A DNA stretch of 64,000 nucleotides from an uncultured delta proteobacterium (GTDB lineage: Bacteria; Desulfobacterota; Binatia; Binatales; Binataceae): positions 1,248,001 through 1,312,000 of the forward strand of contig CAWJET010000002.1 of assembly GCA_963842085.1 (NCBI GenBank), written 5' to 3'. Positions 19,905 through 31,308 of the stretch are shown here, piece after piece (positions within the stretch are counted from its first letter, which is position 1; each line of letters begins with the position of its first letter). Below the pieces are notes generated by a model that had not been told where the DNA came from, ran no database searches, and saw only the letters and a list, made by a program, of their open reading frames with translations. The translations under genes were made by a program, and so were the position numbers.

Positions 19905-20221
19905 ACCGGTCACGGGGGGGAAGCAGGCCTTTCATACCAACATTCCCTCCTCCATTGGTCGGGCAGATTCCGATGTGCTCTCTGCCCGGCCTTGACAGCG
20001 GCGGAGCAATTCAATGCCGGCGTGCGGAGCGTCAGCGTTCCAATTCAGAGATGCGGCGGTTTTCAACGGAGAGGCGCGAAGGGTCGTGATGGCTGCCGTG
20101 TGTACAGCCCGGCCGTCGCCCTTGGCGTTTCTCTGCACTCACGAACATGTGTGCTGATATGGCGGTAGCCGAGGTCACCGAAGGCGGAAACCAATCATGC
20201 CCACACTAACGGTTGCGGCGG

Positions 20222-20644
20222 TCAGCGCCTTTGCAACGAGTAGCTCTTTGGGGCGTGCACTCTAAGGTAGTCGCGCAGCGATTCAACACCCTGGCCGCGG
20301 GTCGTGGGTTGCCAGCGGCCTGCGGACTTTTCTTCGGCCCACCATTGGTTGGCAGCAAGCCTGATGTAGACGGTGCTACTGTTCCCGACCCTGGCGCTGC
20401 CGCGACTCCCAAAATGACTCAAAGGCAGGTTGAATTCGTCAAACAGTTCCTGCCAGTAACTCCAGTTCAGACGAAAGGCGGTCGTTGGTGCGCCGTCAGG
20501 AACGTCCTCGGGCTTGATCGCGTAGCGCTCTGTCAGCGCCTTCTGCAAGCGGTGCGCAGCCTCTTTCTCTGCCGCCAAGGCTCCTTTATCGGTGGAGATC
20601 CTACGCAACAGCACGATCTTTCGCAGCACGTCTTCGACCTTCAT
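20222..20644 (-). CDS. DUF2786-like N-terminal domain protein (paralog of 36181-36600)
   Basis: VLRKIVLLRRI...GA.AAEKEAA.RL.KAL.ERYAI; GAGG RBS. Confidence 0.7.
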   Translation of the reverse strand: MKVEDVLRKIVLLRRISTDKGALAAEKEAAHRLQKALTERYAIKPEDVPDGAPTTAFRLNWSYWQELFDEFNLPLSHFGSRGSARVGNSSTVYIRLAANQWWAEEKSAGRWQPTTRGQGVESLRDYLRVHAPKSYSLQRR

Positions 20645-20855
20645 CTACCCCCTCTAGTTTGGTGACTCAGTGATTGCGCATGAAACTAGCTGTGTCACTT
20701 GCTTATTTTCAAGAACGCTGATGACGGATATGCACAGCTGAGGCACACCGAAGATTAGTCGCGAGTTGCGCGCCGAGCTCAGCCGACCGGTCAATGGAAT
20801 TGCCATGCGAGCCTGAGTCCCGGGCGCATTCACGATTTGCGAGCGGGTTAGCGTG

Positions 20856-21638
20856 TCATGGTTTTCGCTTCGAAGTGATCTTAGGCGATAGGGACCCTGC
20901 TTTTGGCTCGAGTTCGTAAACGGAGATGTGAACCGGGCTCGCCGCGGTGAACAGGCTTCGGTCCCATCCGCCGTATCGCTCTCGGAGTCGCATTCCGGCA
21001 AGGCGCGCCATCAGGTCCAACTCGCTCGGATAGGCGAAGCGCAATTGCAACGGATACAGCTGCACTCCGCCCGCGGTGAACAGGATGTGTTGTGCGCGGA
21101 CAGTCTGGTTCACGACATCGTTGGTCACCGAATCGAGCAGCGCGTGATCGGTCCCGACATCAACCGCCGCGACTCGCTGGCGCTGGGCAAGAAGCGAGTG
21201 ATCGGGATTGAATGCTTCAACTACGAACGCGCCTGCCGGAAGAATGCGCTTCGCTACGCGCTGAAAGCATCGCACTTGCTCGTCCTGATCCGGAAGTGCG
21301 AAAAGAGTGCTGAACGCTACGTAGACAAGACCGAAGCCGCCGGTAACCTTCACATCGGCGAAGTTTCCCATTACGACCGGTATGTCCGCGCCCCCCGGTT
21401 TGGCACGCATCTTCGCGACCATCGCGGGCGACGCATCGATTCCCGTCACGCGCACGCCGCGCGCGGCCAGCGCTATCGCTATTCTGCCGGTGCCGATTCC
21501 AAGTTCGAGCGCTCGACGCTTGCCCGCGAGCGGGGCGAGAAAATCCGCGACCGTCTCCGGATTGTCGCGCTTTCCGTATAGGAGATCGTAGACTTCGGCG
21601 ATTCGCTCTCCGTATGTGGTTTCGTCGTACTCGGCCAT
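20856..21638 (-). CDS. Class I SAM-dependent methyltransferase
   Basis: YGERIAEVYD, ALELGIGTGRIA, GIDASPAM, LRFAYPSELDLMARLAG. Confidence 0.92.
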   Translation of the reverse strand: MAEYDETTYGERIAEVYDLLYGKRDNPETVADFLAPLAGKRRALELGIGTGRIAIALAARGVRVTGIDASPAMVAKMRAKPGGADIPVVMGNFADVKVTGGFGLVYVAFSTLFALPDQDEQVRCFQRVAKRILPAGAFVVEAFNPDHSLLAQRQRVAAVDVGTDHALLDSVTNDVVNQTVRAQHILFTAGGVQLYPLQLRFAYPSELDLMARLAGMRLRERYGGWDRSLFTAASPVHISVYELEPKAGSLSPKITSKRKP

Positions 21639-21808
21639 GCGTGGACGAAATCAAAGCGGCGCCTTGGCGTCAAACGGAAAGATGCGTAGCCTTCGACCTA
21701 CGACGACTCCTGGGTTCTGAAAACCTCGAACCCGTCGAAAAGTCCTGGAGTCCTGTGAAAATAGCCAGACGAACCACCACCAAGGAGGATTCCACGACTG
21801 GAAACAGG

Positions 21809-23016
21809 ATGGCTGCTAGCACGACGACTCGATGGCGCGACTGGGCTCTTCTGCTAGCTGCGGCAGCTTATCTGTTTGCGCTCTACTATTTCGAGATCAG
21901 CTCTAAAGAGCGCCAGATCGACTTCGGCGCCTACTATGTGTGGGGCTTTGCAGCTCGCCACGGCCTCGATCCCTACCGCTCAAGCGTGCTGCCACCGATC
22001 ATGAATGCGCTTCAAGTCGACGCAGTTCCCGCCAATTATCCACCGCTGGTCTTGTTGGCCTTCGAGCCTCTGAGCTTGCTGCCTGTGCGGACGGCGTTCT
22101 GGATATGGTGCGGAACGAACTTTGCTCTGCTGCTTATGGGGCTCGCGATAATGATCCGCTGTGCGGGCGGACGAGGTTCTCCGGTAGCCATTCTCGCGCT
22201 GGCGCTGCTCTATGGTCCGATCAGCGATGAACTGTATTGGGGAGAGTCTGACTTGGTTGTGATGCTGCTGATCGCGCTGTCCCTGCGGGCTATCCGTCGG
22301 TCCTCCGACGCGACCTGCGGGATCTCGCTCGCGCTCGCGGCTTTGTGGAAAGGGTTTCCGGCGGCAATCCTGGTTGGATTCATCACCGATCGCCGGCCGC
22401 GTTTGCTGTTGGCGGCAGCTTTGACCCTGCTCACCGGGGCGGCAGTTTCGGTTATGATTTTCGGTCCCGGTCTGAATTTGGAGTTCGCAGACTCGGCATG
22501 GCAGACAAGTAGTTCGGCGCTGCTTTCGTATTCCATCAACGGGTCGTTCGCCGCATTGATCACCCGCGGCGTTCAGTCGGCTGCTCGCGCGTATCCGAGT
22601 GCGCCGTGGCCGGCGGTGCGTCTTGTGGCGATCCTGCAGTGGAGATTGTGTTTTTTCTATTGGCAGTGCATGGGGTCTCGATAGCGAACAGAAGCGGACG
22701 CCCTGAGTTCGCCTTCGCGCTTTGGGTCGCGTGGCTCCTGCCGCTGCTAACCGCCGTCTGGTTTCATCGTCTCACCTTCTTTCTCGTTTTTCTTCTGTTG
22801 CTCGCGCGCGCGGAAGGCACCAGCGTTCGGGCGCGACGCGCCGGACTTATCTGCTACGGTCTTGCTCAGATAGGACTCATCATTGCCTGGACCCGGTGGC
22901 TGACAGTCCCCGCCCATGACGAGCTGACCCAGAACGGGCTGGGCGCTGCAACTTTTCTTGCTATGGTGTTCGGCTTCAGCGCAGCCTACCTGATGTGTGC
23001 TGACACTCGAGGTTGA
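21809..23016 (+). pseudogene. GT87-family (DUF2029) glycosyltransferase, frameshift near 22630
   Basis: IDFGAYY...GLDPY, NYPP, L.WG..D, ALWKGFPA; hydrophobic continuation in the 22606-23016 frame. Confidence 0.75.
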
Positions 23017-23044
23017 GCGCCGTCGAATCGATGGTGGTGGGAAT

Positions 23045-23140
23045 CCGGGCATGGGGCATGACCTGCCGGCCGCGCTCTCTTCCAGGATCGTAGACGCGAT
23101 CGAATCAGTGGCGAAGCGCGCGCGCGTTGGTGCGTCGTAG
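23045..23140 (+). repeat. Alpha/beta hydrolase 3' fragment (copy 2)
   Basis: Near-identical to 1925-2021 (ggcatggggcatgacctgccggccgcgctct...gtgcgtcgtaggcga). Confidence 0.8.
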
Positions 23141-23327
23141 GCGACGGCGAATGAATGCGCGCTGCCGGCGCGGCATCAATCGGAAACGGAATCAGGAGCG
23201 GCCGTCGAGCGGTTCGGGAGAGTTGCGGCTCGTCGAACGGTCAGCTAAGAGAAGCACGCCTCGCGTAACGCTCTGCATTCCAATTGGCTTTGTTTTGTAA
23301 ATTTTGATCAGGCCGATTGCCCTCCTG

Positions 23328-24035
23328 CTATTGGGGATCTCCGTCGGATTTCCCGTTAGCGCCAGTCTCTTCGATGTCGATCCCAGCGGGCGCAGGGACG
23401 TTTACGTCCACATCAACAACTTCGGGAACTGGGACATGCTGGCCGGCACGCCTTGCTTGCAATCGTTCCAGTTCGTGCAGCATTCTCAGCACCGATCGAA
23501 AAAGCGCCGCTTCGTGCCGCCAGAGATTTGATAATGGTTGTGAAAACTTTTCCAACACGCGCGTAACGTGGAATGAAGGACCCTCGAGTTCGGCCTTCGC
23601 GCGGGCGAGCCTCTGCTTGGCATCCTCATGAGCCTGACGGTCGCAGGCTTCTACCCCCTTCGTTTTATACGATGGAATGTAGTCCTTCTCGTACTGCCCA
23701 ACCGATTCCTCCGCTTGCTTCACGAGTAATTCTTGAAAACCGCGCCTATAGAATGTCGCTTCAAAGCCTGGGACTCTGCGGAGCCGCCAAAGGTAAACTA
23801 CAATCTTCTCGGCCAATGCGCCTTCGAGCGCGCCCTGAGGATCCAAGCTGCTCAATAGATCCGCGCGAAAGGACTCATACTCGTCCGGGTTCTCGTTTGG
23901 CAAGACTACGTCGCGGCCCGTGAGTCCATGTTTGAGCGCGTTCGAGCTTACGCGCGCCTTCCCCTCCGCTGAACGTGGCCCCGTGCTCTGCAGCGCATTT
24001 CTGCGGTTTGCTTTGATCTGTCGGACGCTTGCCAT
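23328..24035 (-). CDS. Conserved hypothetical protein (ANRRNA-STGP family)
   Basis: MASVRQIKANRRNALQSTGPRSAEGKARVSSNALKHGL...WRLRR; GAGGAG RBS. Confidence 0.85.
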   Translation of the reverse strand: MASVRQIKANRRNALQSTGPRSAEGKARVSSNALKHGLTGRDVVLPNENPDEYESFRADLLSSLDPQGALEGALAEKIVVYLWRLRRVPGFEATFYRRGFQELLVKQAEESVGQYEKDYIPSYKTKGVEACDRQAHEDAKQRLARAKAELEGPSFHVTRVLEKFSQPLSNLWRHEAALFRSVLRMLHELERLQARRAGQHVPVPEVVDVDVNVPAPAGIDIEETGANGKSDGDPQ

Positions 24036-24159
24036 TTGCTTCTCCTCTTTGAAAGTTTTGACATCAGTTTGCAAATTCTGATCCAACAAACGACGGGCCG
24101 GGATGAAATGATTTCCGCCGGGACTGCTACACGTAAACGTCGACGCCGTGCACCAATGC

Positions 24160-24506
24160 AACACATTTCGCGCATTCCTTCCATTCAGCCGTGGCGGCTC
24201 GAGCATCGGCTCGGCGTCAGCGAGCCGAAGGATCTCATGCTGCTCGAAGCGGGCCAGGATCTATCGCCGCAAATCAGGAAGACGGATCTGTTATTGGTGG
24301 ACCGGTCAGCCGGCAACAAGTTGCCGCGGGGTGAGGGTCTCTATGTTGTTTTTTCCGTGCCTACGGGACTCGCCGTGAGGCGGGTCGAGGTTGGTCTCAA
24401 GCGGGGCTTCGTGGTCAGCGGGCCGGGAATCTCGGAAGAGCTAGAGCCGATGGAGATTGATCGATTGCTGGTCGGCAGGGTGATTTTTCGAGGGGAGAGA
24501 ATCTGA
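24160..24506 (+). pseudogene. S24/LexA-like C-terminal domain fragment of a phage repressor
   Basis: LMLLEAGQDLSPQI..TDLLLVDRS....GEGLYVV...GLAVRRV...LVGRVIFRGERI*; no HTH upstream. Confidence 0.55.
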
Positions 24507-24530
24507 CGGAACTTGGGCTTTGGAAGCGGC

Positions 24531-24758
24531 AAGCTCGGCCACGCTGTCCTCGCCGCGCAGACCCGCGATCACGATCCTGACACTTGTCCTCAGGCGATAA
24601 GTGCCGCCGGGTCGCCCGCCTTTACATCGCGTACCGTCTTCTCCGCTTCCTCCGTGCGCATATCGATTTTCGATCGCATCTTCCGCTCCTTCCACGGTTA
24701 AAGATGAGCTCTCGTCCGCAATCGCCTCGAGTTGTCCAACTTGTGCTGACGGGGAGCA
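24531..24758 (-). mobile_element. IS3-family left-end remnant (orfA 5' part)
   Basis: End TG(C/T)TCCCCGTCAGCACAAGTTGGACA and VRIVIAGLRGEDSVAEL; same end at 47753 and 63652. Confidence 0.75.
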
Positions 24759-24798
24759 CTCTGGTCACGCACGCTGGCGCTGATGGCTACAGTCAGAT

Positions 24799-25098
24799 AT
24801 GATGACCATTATGACCAGGATGACTACCATGCATCGCCAGGTCCACGGTCAAGCGACATGGGCGGTTGCGGAGGCCAAGGCGCGATTCAGCGAAGTGATC
24901 AACCGCGCGTTGGCGGATGGTCCGCAGACCATCACCCGCAAGGGTCAAAAGGCCGTGGTCGTCGTGTCGGCCGAGGAGTGGCAGCGCAAGACCAAACGCA
25001 AAGGCAACCTTGCGGAGTTTTTCGCAGCATCGCCCCTGCGAGGCTCGGACCTCACGGTCAAGCGGTCGAAAGATGGGCGGCGCGAGATCGAGTTGTGA
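24799..25098 (+). CDS. Phd/YefM antitoxin
   Basis: WAVAEAKARFSEVINRALADGPQTITRKGQKAVVVVS. Confidence 0.9.
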   Translation: MMTIMTRMTTMHRQVHGQATWAVAEAKARFSEVINRALADGPQTITRKGQKAVVVVSAEEWQRKTKRKGNLAEFFAASPLRGSDLTVKRSKDGRREIEL

Positions 25099-25520
25099 AT
25101 TTTCTGCTCGACACCAACGTGGTGTCGGAATGGGTCAGGCCGCAACCGGACCGCAACGTTAACTCGTGGCTGGCCGAGGTCGACGAAGACCGCATGTTCA
25201 TCAGCGTGATTTCGTTCGCGGAGCTCCGGCGCGGGGTCGAGATGTTACCGGCCGGGCGCCGGCGCGAGCGGCTGGCTGCATGGCTTGCCGAGGAGCTCCC
25301 TGTGCGGTTCGAAGAGCGCATCCTCGACATTGATCAGCACGTTGCCGGCACTTGGGGTGTGATTATGGCACGGGGGCAGAAGATTGGCCTGACGCTCGGA
25401 TCGATGGACGCATTCGTCGCCGCCACGGCGGAGGCGCACTGTCTCACTCTCGCCACCCGCAACGTCAAGGACTTCGAGCGCTTGGGTATTTCCCTGCTTG
25501 ACCCATGGCAACCGGGTTAA
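25095..25520 (+). CDS. vapC: VapC/PIN toxin (intact)
   Basis: MNFLLDTNVVSE...ELRRG...MDAFVAATA..LTLATRNVKDF; GTGA overlap with the antitoxin. Confidence 0.92.
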   Translation: MNFLLDTNVVSEWVRPQPDRNVNSWLAEVDEDRMFISVISFAELRRGVEMLPAGRRRERLAAWLAEELPVRFEERILDIDQHVAGTWGVIMARGQKIGLTLGSMDAFVAATAEAHCLTLATRNVKDFERLGISLLDPWQPG

Positions 25521-25769
25521 TATGGGCGCGGCCTGCCCACTTTCGTTCCGAAGCCCTGCTCTCCGATCCGGGCGCTTGTAGCACCTTATCGCCGAAATAC
25601 CGTAACTGGGTGACCAATCCCACCCGCGCTGAGCTGCCAAGCTGGCACGAAGCGTGATGGAAGAAGCCGAGCGTCGCCAATCGAGCCCTCTTCGTGTCGT
25701 TTTAGGAACACTGCGGCGTTTCGGGAGTGCGCGCCAGGTGTGTTAGTCATCAAGGCGACAAGAGACACC

Positions 25770-28700
25770 ATGCGTTGCCCGTCCTGCAATCACGACAACC
25801 GCGCCGAGCGCCGCTTCTGCGTGGAATGCGGGGCCGCGCTCGCTGCGCTGTGCGCCGCGTGTGGGGCATCGAACGAGCCCGGCGAGAAGTTCTGCGGCAG
25901 CTGCGGGGGCGCGCTTTCCATCTCGCCGGCGGCCCGCCCTCCATCGTCAGGGGCGCGGGCCGAGACTCCCGAGCCAGCGCTACGGGTTCGCCCGGAAGCG
26001 CCGACCAGCGAAATTCCCGAGGGCGAGCGCAAGACAGTTACGGCGCTGTTTGCCGACATCAAGGGTTCGACCGAGCTTGAGCAGGACCTCGACCCCGAAG
26101 AGGCGCGCATGATTGTCGATCCCGCGTTGAAGCTGATGATCGATGCGGTGCGACGTTACGACGGTTACATCGTCCAGAGCACCGGCGACGGCATCTTCGC
26201 GCTCTTCGGCGCGCCGGTCGCGCACGAGGACCATCCGCAGCGCGCGCTTTATGCCGCCCTCCGGATGCAGGAGGAACTGAACAAATACTCGGCGAGATTG
26301 CGCGAGGCTGGCAACGCGCCGCTCGAAGCGCGTGTCGGCGTGAACTCGGGCGAGGTCGTGATCCGCTCGATCACAACCGGAGCAGGTCACACGGAGTACA
26401 CGCCGATCGGGCATACGGCCAATCTAGCCTCGCGGATGCAGGTGCTTGCGCCGACCGGCTCGATTGCCATCAGCGAGCAGACGCGCGCGCTGGTCGAGGG
26501 ATACTTCGCGCTCAAACCGCTCGGCCCGACCAAGGTCAAAGGCGTGAGCGAGCCCGTCAACGTTTATGAGATCACGGGCTTGGGGCCTCTGCGCACCCGT
26601 TTACAGCGTTCAGCCGGGCGCGGGTTCACCAAATTCGTCGGGCGTGAGCGCGAGATGGCGTCGATGGAAGCCGCGGCCGAGCGCGCCAAATCGGGACACG
26701 GACAGATCGTTGCCGCGATGGCGGAGGCGGGCACGGGCAAGTCGCGCCTGTTCTTTGAGTTCAAGGCCAAGAACCAGTCGGGCTGGATGGTGCTCGAAGC
26801 GTTTTCGGTCTCGCACGGCAAAGCTTCGGCCTACCTGCCGGTGATCGATCTGCTGCAGAGCTATTTCAGGATCACTGGCGAAGATGACCAGCGCGTACGG
26901 CGCGAAAAGGTCGCCGGCAGGCTTTCGATCCTCGACCCTTCGCTTGAGGATGCACGCCCCTATCTGTTCGTGCTGCTTGGAATCGTCGAGGGCGAAGACC
27001 CGCTGGCGCAGACGGATGCGCAGATTCGAAAACGCCGCACGTTGGATGCGATAAAACGGATCCTGCTGCGCGAGTCGCTCAATCAGCCGTTGATGGTGAT
27101 CTTCGAAGATCTGCACTGGATCGACGAGCAGACTCAGGAGTTGCTGAATCTTCTCGCCGACTCGATAGCCACTGCTCGCATCCTGCTGCTGGTGAACTAC
27201 CGCCCCGAGTACTCGCATCAGTGGGGCAGCAAGACTTACTATACGCAGTTGCGCCTCGATCCGTTGGGCAAGGAATCTGCCGACGAGATGCTCTCGTCGC
27301 TGGTGGGCGGCGACAAGGATATGATCCCGCTCAAGCGGCTGATCATTGAGAAGACCGAGGGCAACCCGTTCTTCATGGAAGACAGTGCTGGTGCTTTTTG
27401 ACGAAGGGGCGCTGGTACGCAACGGAACGGTAAAGCTCACCAAGTCACTCAATGACCTCAAGATCCCGCCTACCGTGCAGGCGATTCTCGCCGCACGCGT
27501 CGACCGGCTGCCGACGGATGAAAAAGAATTACTGCAGACGCTAGCGGTAACCGGCAAGGAGTTTTCGCTGTCGCTTGTACGAGCGGTCTTCAAGAAGTCC
27601 GACGATGAAATCAGCCGGATGCTGAATGATCTGCAGCTGGCCGAGTTCATCTATGAGCAGCCGGCGGTTGGCGACATCGATTACACGTTCAAACACGCGC
27701 TCACCCAGGAGGTCGCCTACAACTCGGTCCTGATCGAGCGGCGGAAAGCTCTTCACGAGCGCGCGGGACAGGCGCTGGAATCGATGTTCGCCGAACAGCG
27801 GAACGATCACCTCGCCGAATTGGCGCATCACTACAGTCGCAGCAGTAACCGACCGAAGGCCGTGGAGTACCTGCGACTTGCGGGGCAACAAGCCGCACAG
27901 CGGTCTGCAAATGCTGAGGCGATCAATAATTTCACAAGCGCCCTGGAAATATTGAAGTCACTGCCCGACACCCCGCAACGCGCTCGGCAGGAATTGGAAT
28001 TAGAGACGATGCTTGGTCCTGCTTTGATTGCCACCAAGGGCAACGCAGCGCCGGAAGTTGGAGCGGTCTACGAGCGGGCGGTCGAGCTGGCTCGGCAAGT
28101 GGGAGAAGATGCTCAACTGTTTCCGGTCTTGTTTGGACTGCGATCCTACCATTTTGTCCGTGGCGAGCTGCGGCCTGCATCGGAACTCGCGCAGCAACTC
28201 GTGAGCTCGGCCGAAAGCCTGCAAGACTCTGGTTTGCTGGTGGAAGCCCATCTGGCGCGAGGCAATTCGCTTTTTGTCCTAGGAGAGTTGATCCCCGCCC
28301 TGGATCACTTCGAGCGGGCCGTCACCATCTACGATCCTCGGATGCATCACAGTCATGCGTTTCTCTATGGACTGGACCCGGGGGTGTTTTGCCTCGTCCG
28401 GATCGGGTGGGGCTTGACGCTTCGCGGCTATCCGGACCGGGGTCTACGAAAGGCTGGCGAGGCAATCGCCCTGGCCCAGCAACAGGCTCACCACTTTAGC
28501 TTGGCGGTGGCCTTGAATCACGCGTCCACGGAACATCACCTCCGCAGGGACTGGCCAGCAATGCAGCGACAAGCGGAGGCGGCGATCGCACTGTGCACCG
28601 AGCAAGGATTTGAAGGCATTCTGGCGCAAGCAACTGCGCATCGGGGAATCGCGCTGGCCTGGCAGGGTCAGACGCAGGAAGGAATCGCGCTGATCCAGCG

Positions 28701-29151
28701 TGGGTTGGCCGCCTCTGGGGCCACAGGCGCGGCGCTATTTCGACCGAATTTCCTATCTTATCTGGCGGAGTCATATTTGACTGCGAAGCGATTTGAGGAA
28801 GGGCTGACCGCGGTGGCCAAGGGGATCGCGATAGCTGAAGAAACGGGGGAGCGTCTCTACGAAGCCAGGTTGCTCCGGCTGAAGGGCGAATTGCTCCTGG
28901 CGCAGGACTGGTCAAATGCGACCGCGGCCGAGCAATGCTTGCGCGACGCGATCGAAGCTAGCGGCCGGCAGGGCACGAAGTTACTTCAGCTGCGCGCGAC
29001 GACATCACTCGCGCGCTTGCTCGCCAAGCAAGGCAATCGCGACGACGCGCGCGAGATGCTCGCCGAGATCTACAACTGGTTCACCGAGGGCTTCGACACC
29101 GCCGATTTGAAAGAAGCCGAGGCGCTGCTCGACGAGCTGAGTGCAGCTTGA
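25770..29151 (+). pseudogene. Class III adenylate/guanylate cyclase (double zinc ribbon-cyclase-AAA-TPR), frameshift near 27380
   Basis: CxxC repeats, GERKTVTALFADIKGST, STGDG, ANLASRMQ, AGTGKSRL, EDLHWID, GNPFFME|TVLVL in two frames, C-terminal [14 protein letters not shown]. Confidence 0.9.
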
Positions 29152-29295
29152 CGGCTCCTCCGCGTCATGAACAAGTCTCGCTTACGCAAACGCACACGGA
29201 GCAAGAGAAATGGCAGGTCGAGTCTCGGGCAAAGTAGCGCCTCGTTCGTGACGGGACTCCCGATGCCGGTAGACGGTGGTTACGTCGCGCAATTG

Positions 29296-29718
29296 TTATT
29301 CCGCCATTGCCTCGCCCGATCCACCGAACTCCGCTGGAAAGTCCTTGAACTTGGGCAGGCCGTCCCGCATGGGCAGCACCGTCTCAGCATAGTTGACGTG
29401 CACCCCAGGGGTAAAAGTAAGGGTAGGAATAGTCGCGGCAAACACGTCCACCAGGCCCAGGGTCGGATGTTTCGACATTAGGTGCCCGCCGCACTTCGTA
29501 CAATACTGACGATGGGCGAAGTCGGTCTTATGGAACGTCGCGATATGCTCGACCCCTGATGTGACGCGCACGGCTTCCGGTTTCCAGAGGGTGAAGGCGT
29601 TCACGGGTCCACCGGACCATGACCGACAAGAACGGCAATGGCAGTAGCCCATGGCCTCAGGTGACCCGGTGGCCTCCAGTTTTACAGCACCACAAAAGCA
29701 GCTTCCGACGTGAGTCAC
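29296..29718 (-). CDS. GFA family protein
   Basis: GSCFCGAV, YCHCRSCR, RQYCTKCG; GGAGG RBS. Confidence 0.92.
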   Translation of the reverse strand: MTHVGSCFCGAVKLEATGSPEAMGYCHCRSCRSWSGGPVNAFTLWKPEAVRVTSGVEHIATFHKTDFAHRQYCTKCGGHLMSKHPTLGLVDVFAATIPTLTFTPGVHVNYAETVLPMRDGLPKFKDFPAEFGGSGEAMAE

Positions 29719-29835
29719 AACTCCCTCCGTTAAGCTCGGATTTCCTTCTAAGTCCCCGATTCAACTCCCCGTATAGACCGAACGGCTCCCCGCTACAAGG
29801 TTCTGCACACTGGACCATCTGGATCCCCACTAAAC

Positions 29836-29955
29836 CGGGCAAAACGCGATGAGGCGCGCGCGACGCTCGCCGACATCTACAACTGGTATACCGAAGGCTT
29901 CGACACCGCCGATTTGAAGGACGCGAAGGCGCTGCTCGACGAATTGGGTGCATAG
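29836..29955 (+). pseudogene. Adenylate-cyclase/TPR 3'-end fragment
   Basis: [36 protein letters not shown]. Confidence 0.8.
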
Positions 29956-30036
29956 CGCCTGGCTCACGGCACCCACTGGCGGTGCGAACCCCAGCTGGGG
30001 ACACAATGCACCAAGTAGCCTGCTCCGGGGCCCTGT

Positions 30037-30690
30037 TCAGGCGGCGGCTTGCGCGCCGGAATCCCGCCGCAGGCGCTTCCACTCGCGTGGCGTCAGCTCG
30101 AGGGCCAGCCGGGCCGGATGGGTCGAGACGCGGTCGATCACATCGCGCAAATAGACGAACGGATTGATCAGGACCTCCTGCACTTGTGCGCTCAGCCGAT
30201 CAAACGACCGGCGCAGATCCGTCGCGCCGCGCGCGACAAACACCCGCACCGACGCCGGCAGCGTCAGCATGTCGTCTGCAGGGCCTGGAGCACCCGCTGC
30301 AGGGTGTCGGTATCGGCTCCCGCCGGCACGCGCACCATATGACCGTTGTGCAGGACGATCTCCAGAACCGCTGGTGTCCCTGGAACCTTCACCGGCTTGG
30401 GCACTTCGGTGAACACCACCACGTTCTCCGCTGCTGCGCGGTTCATCTTCTCCTCGCCGGCGTGCCGGAAGACCTGCCGCCACCAGCTCAGAGTGCTTGG
30501 TGGGATTCCACGCTGCTGCCCAAACTCGCGCAGCGTCAACCCGCTACGCTGCCAACGGGCCAACACCCGGCGCATCTGCCGTGCCCGCACTAATGTCGTC
30601 GACCCCATTCTCCCCATCGATTCGTACCTCCGAACCCATCTGCGGTATGCGCGCCGCGCCGGAGGAGATGGAGTTGGTCACACGGTTACG
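30037..30690 (-). mobile_element. Internally deleted IS66 (tnpA; tnpB 5' part fused to tnpC 3' end)
   Basis: TnpA WQRSGLTLREF..RGI..STLSWWR...LEIVL..G..VRV; TnpB MLTLPASVRVFVA..ATDLRRSFDRL joined to TnpC tail INPFVYLRDV...ELTP..W; left end GTAA near 30690. Confidence 0.85.
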
Positions 30691-30804
30691 AAATACCTCA
30701 CCGTCATCAGGTGCTCATGTCGTGATAGCGTCCGACGCTGGCGCATCGCATCGGAGCCGCTCGGTTCCCCCCGATACCGTCGCCAAACTGGAAACATGGC
30801 AAGG

Positions 30805-30930
30805 CCTTGCGGGCGAATCGAGAGCGCTGACCGCAGAAGGTCACGACTCCGAATCTTCGTCACCCACGAACTCTTCGATTGAGATCCCAGAAGCGCGCGA
30901 TGGACGAAGAGCGTGCTTGAGGGTACTCAC
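30805..30930 (-). repeat. 3' end of an XRE/Cro-like gene plus flank, repeated at 63777-63900
   Basis: gtcacgactccgaatcttcgtcacccacgaactc...gacgaagagcgtgcttgag present at both sites; translates LKHALR.SRASGI.IEEFVGDEDSES*. Confidence 0.65.
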
Positions 30931-31023
30931 ATGGCCCTTTTGAATCCAATCATTGATAGCCGTGTTTGAAACTCCGCAAAGGAGCCTAGCGCAGCAACCT
31001 TGGCAGCGCGCACGCGTTGTCGG

Positions 31024-31308
31024 TCAAGCTAGCTCCAACCGCAGCCGCTTCCCGAGGACTTTTGCGGCGCGGGCCATCGTTCGCAGCGTCACCGATTCGT
31101 TTTTCGGGTCCAGCAGGCGATCGAGCGCGGCGCGGCTCGTGCGCATCGCGCGCGCCATGTTCGACTTTGACATTCGCTTCTCCCCCATCCCGCGCTCGAC
31201 CTGCCATGCGATCAACCGCTTAAGCGCGGCGACCTCCGCCTCGGCAAGGGTGCCGTCCTCGGCGAGCAACTCGTCAAGTGAGGAGCCGACATGTTTACGT
31301 GGTTTCAT
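31024..31308 (-). CDS. XRE-family antitoxin (HigA-like)
   Basis: HVGSSLDELLAEDG...MSKSNMARAMRTSRAALDRLLDP.NESVTL. Confidence 0.9.
   Translation of the reverse strand: MKPRKHVGSSLDELLAEDGTLAEAEVAALKRLIAWQVERGMGEKRMSKSNMARAMRTSRAALDRLLDPKNESVTLRTMARAAKVLGKRLRLELA

Noticed and set aside
27346-27401. Programmed frameshift in the cyclase gene
   Set aside because: No slippery sequence; consistent with a 2-nt loss from gaagagaca (mutation or sequencing error)
26610-27650. 346-aa minus-strand ORF and similar long overlapping ORFs (4877-5590, 5202-6035, 7327-8184, 61495-62349)
   Set aside because: Shadow ORFs of real genes, expected in high-GC DNA
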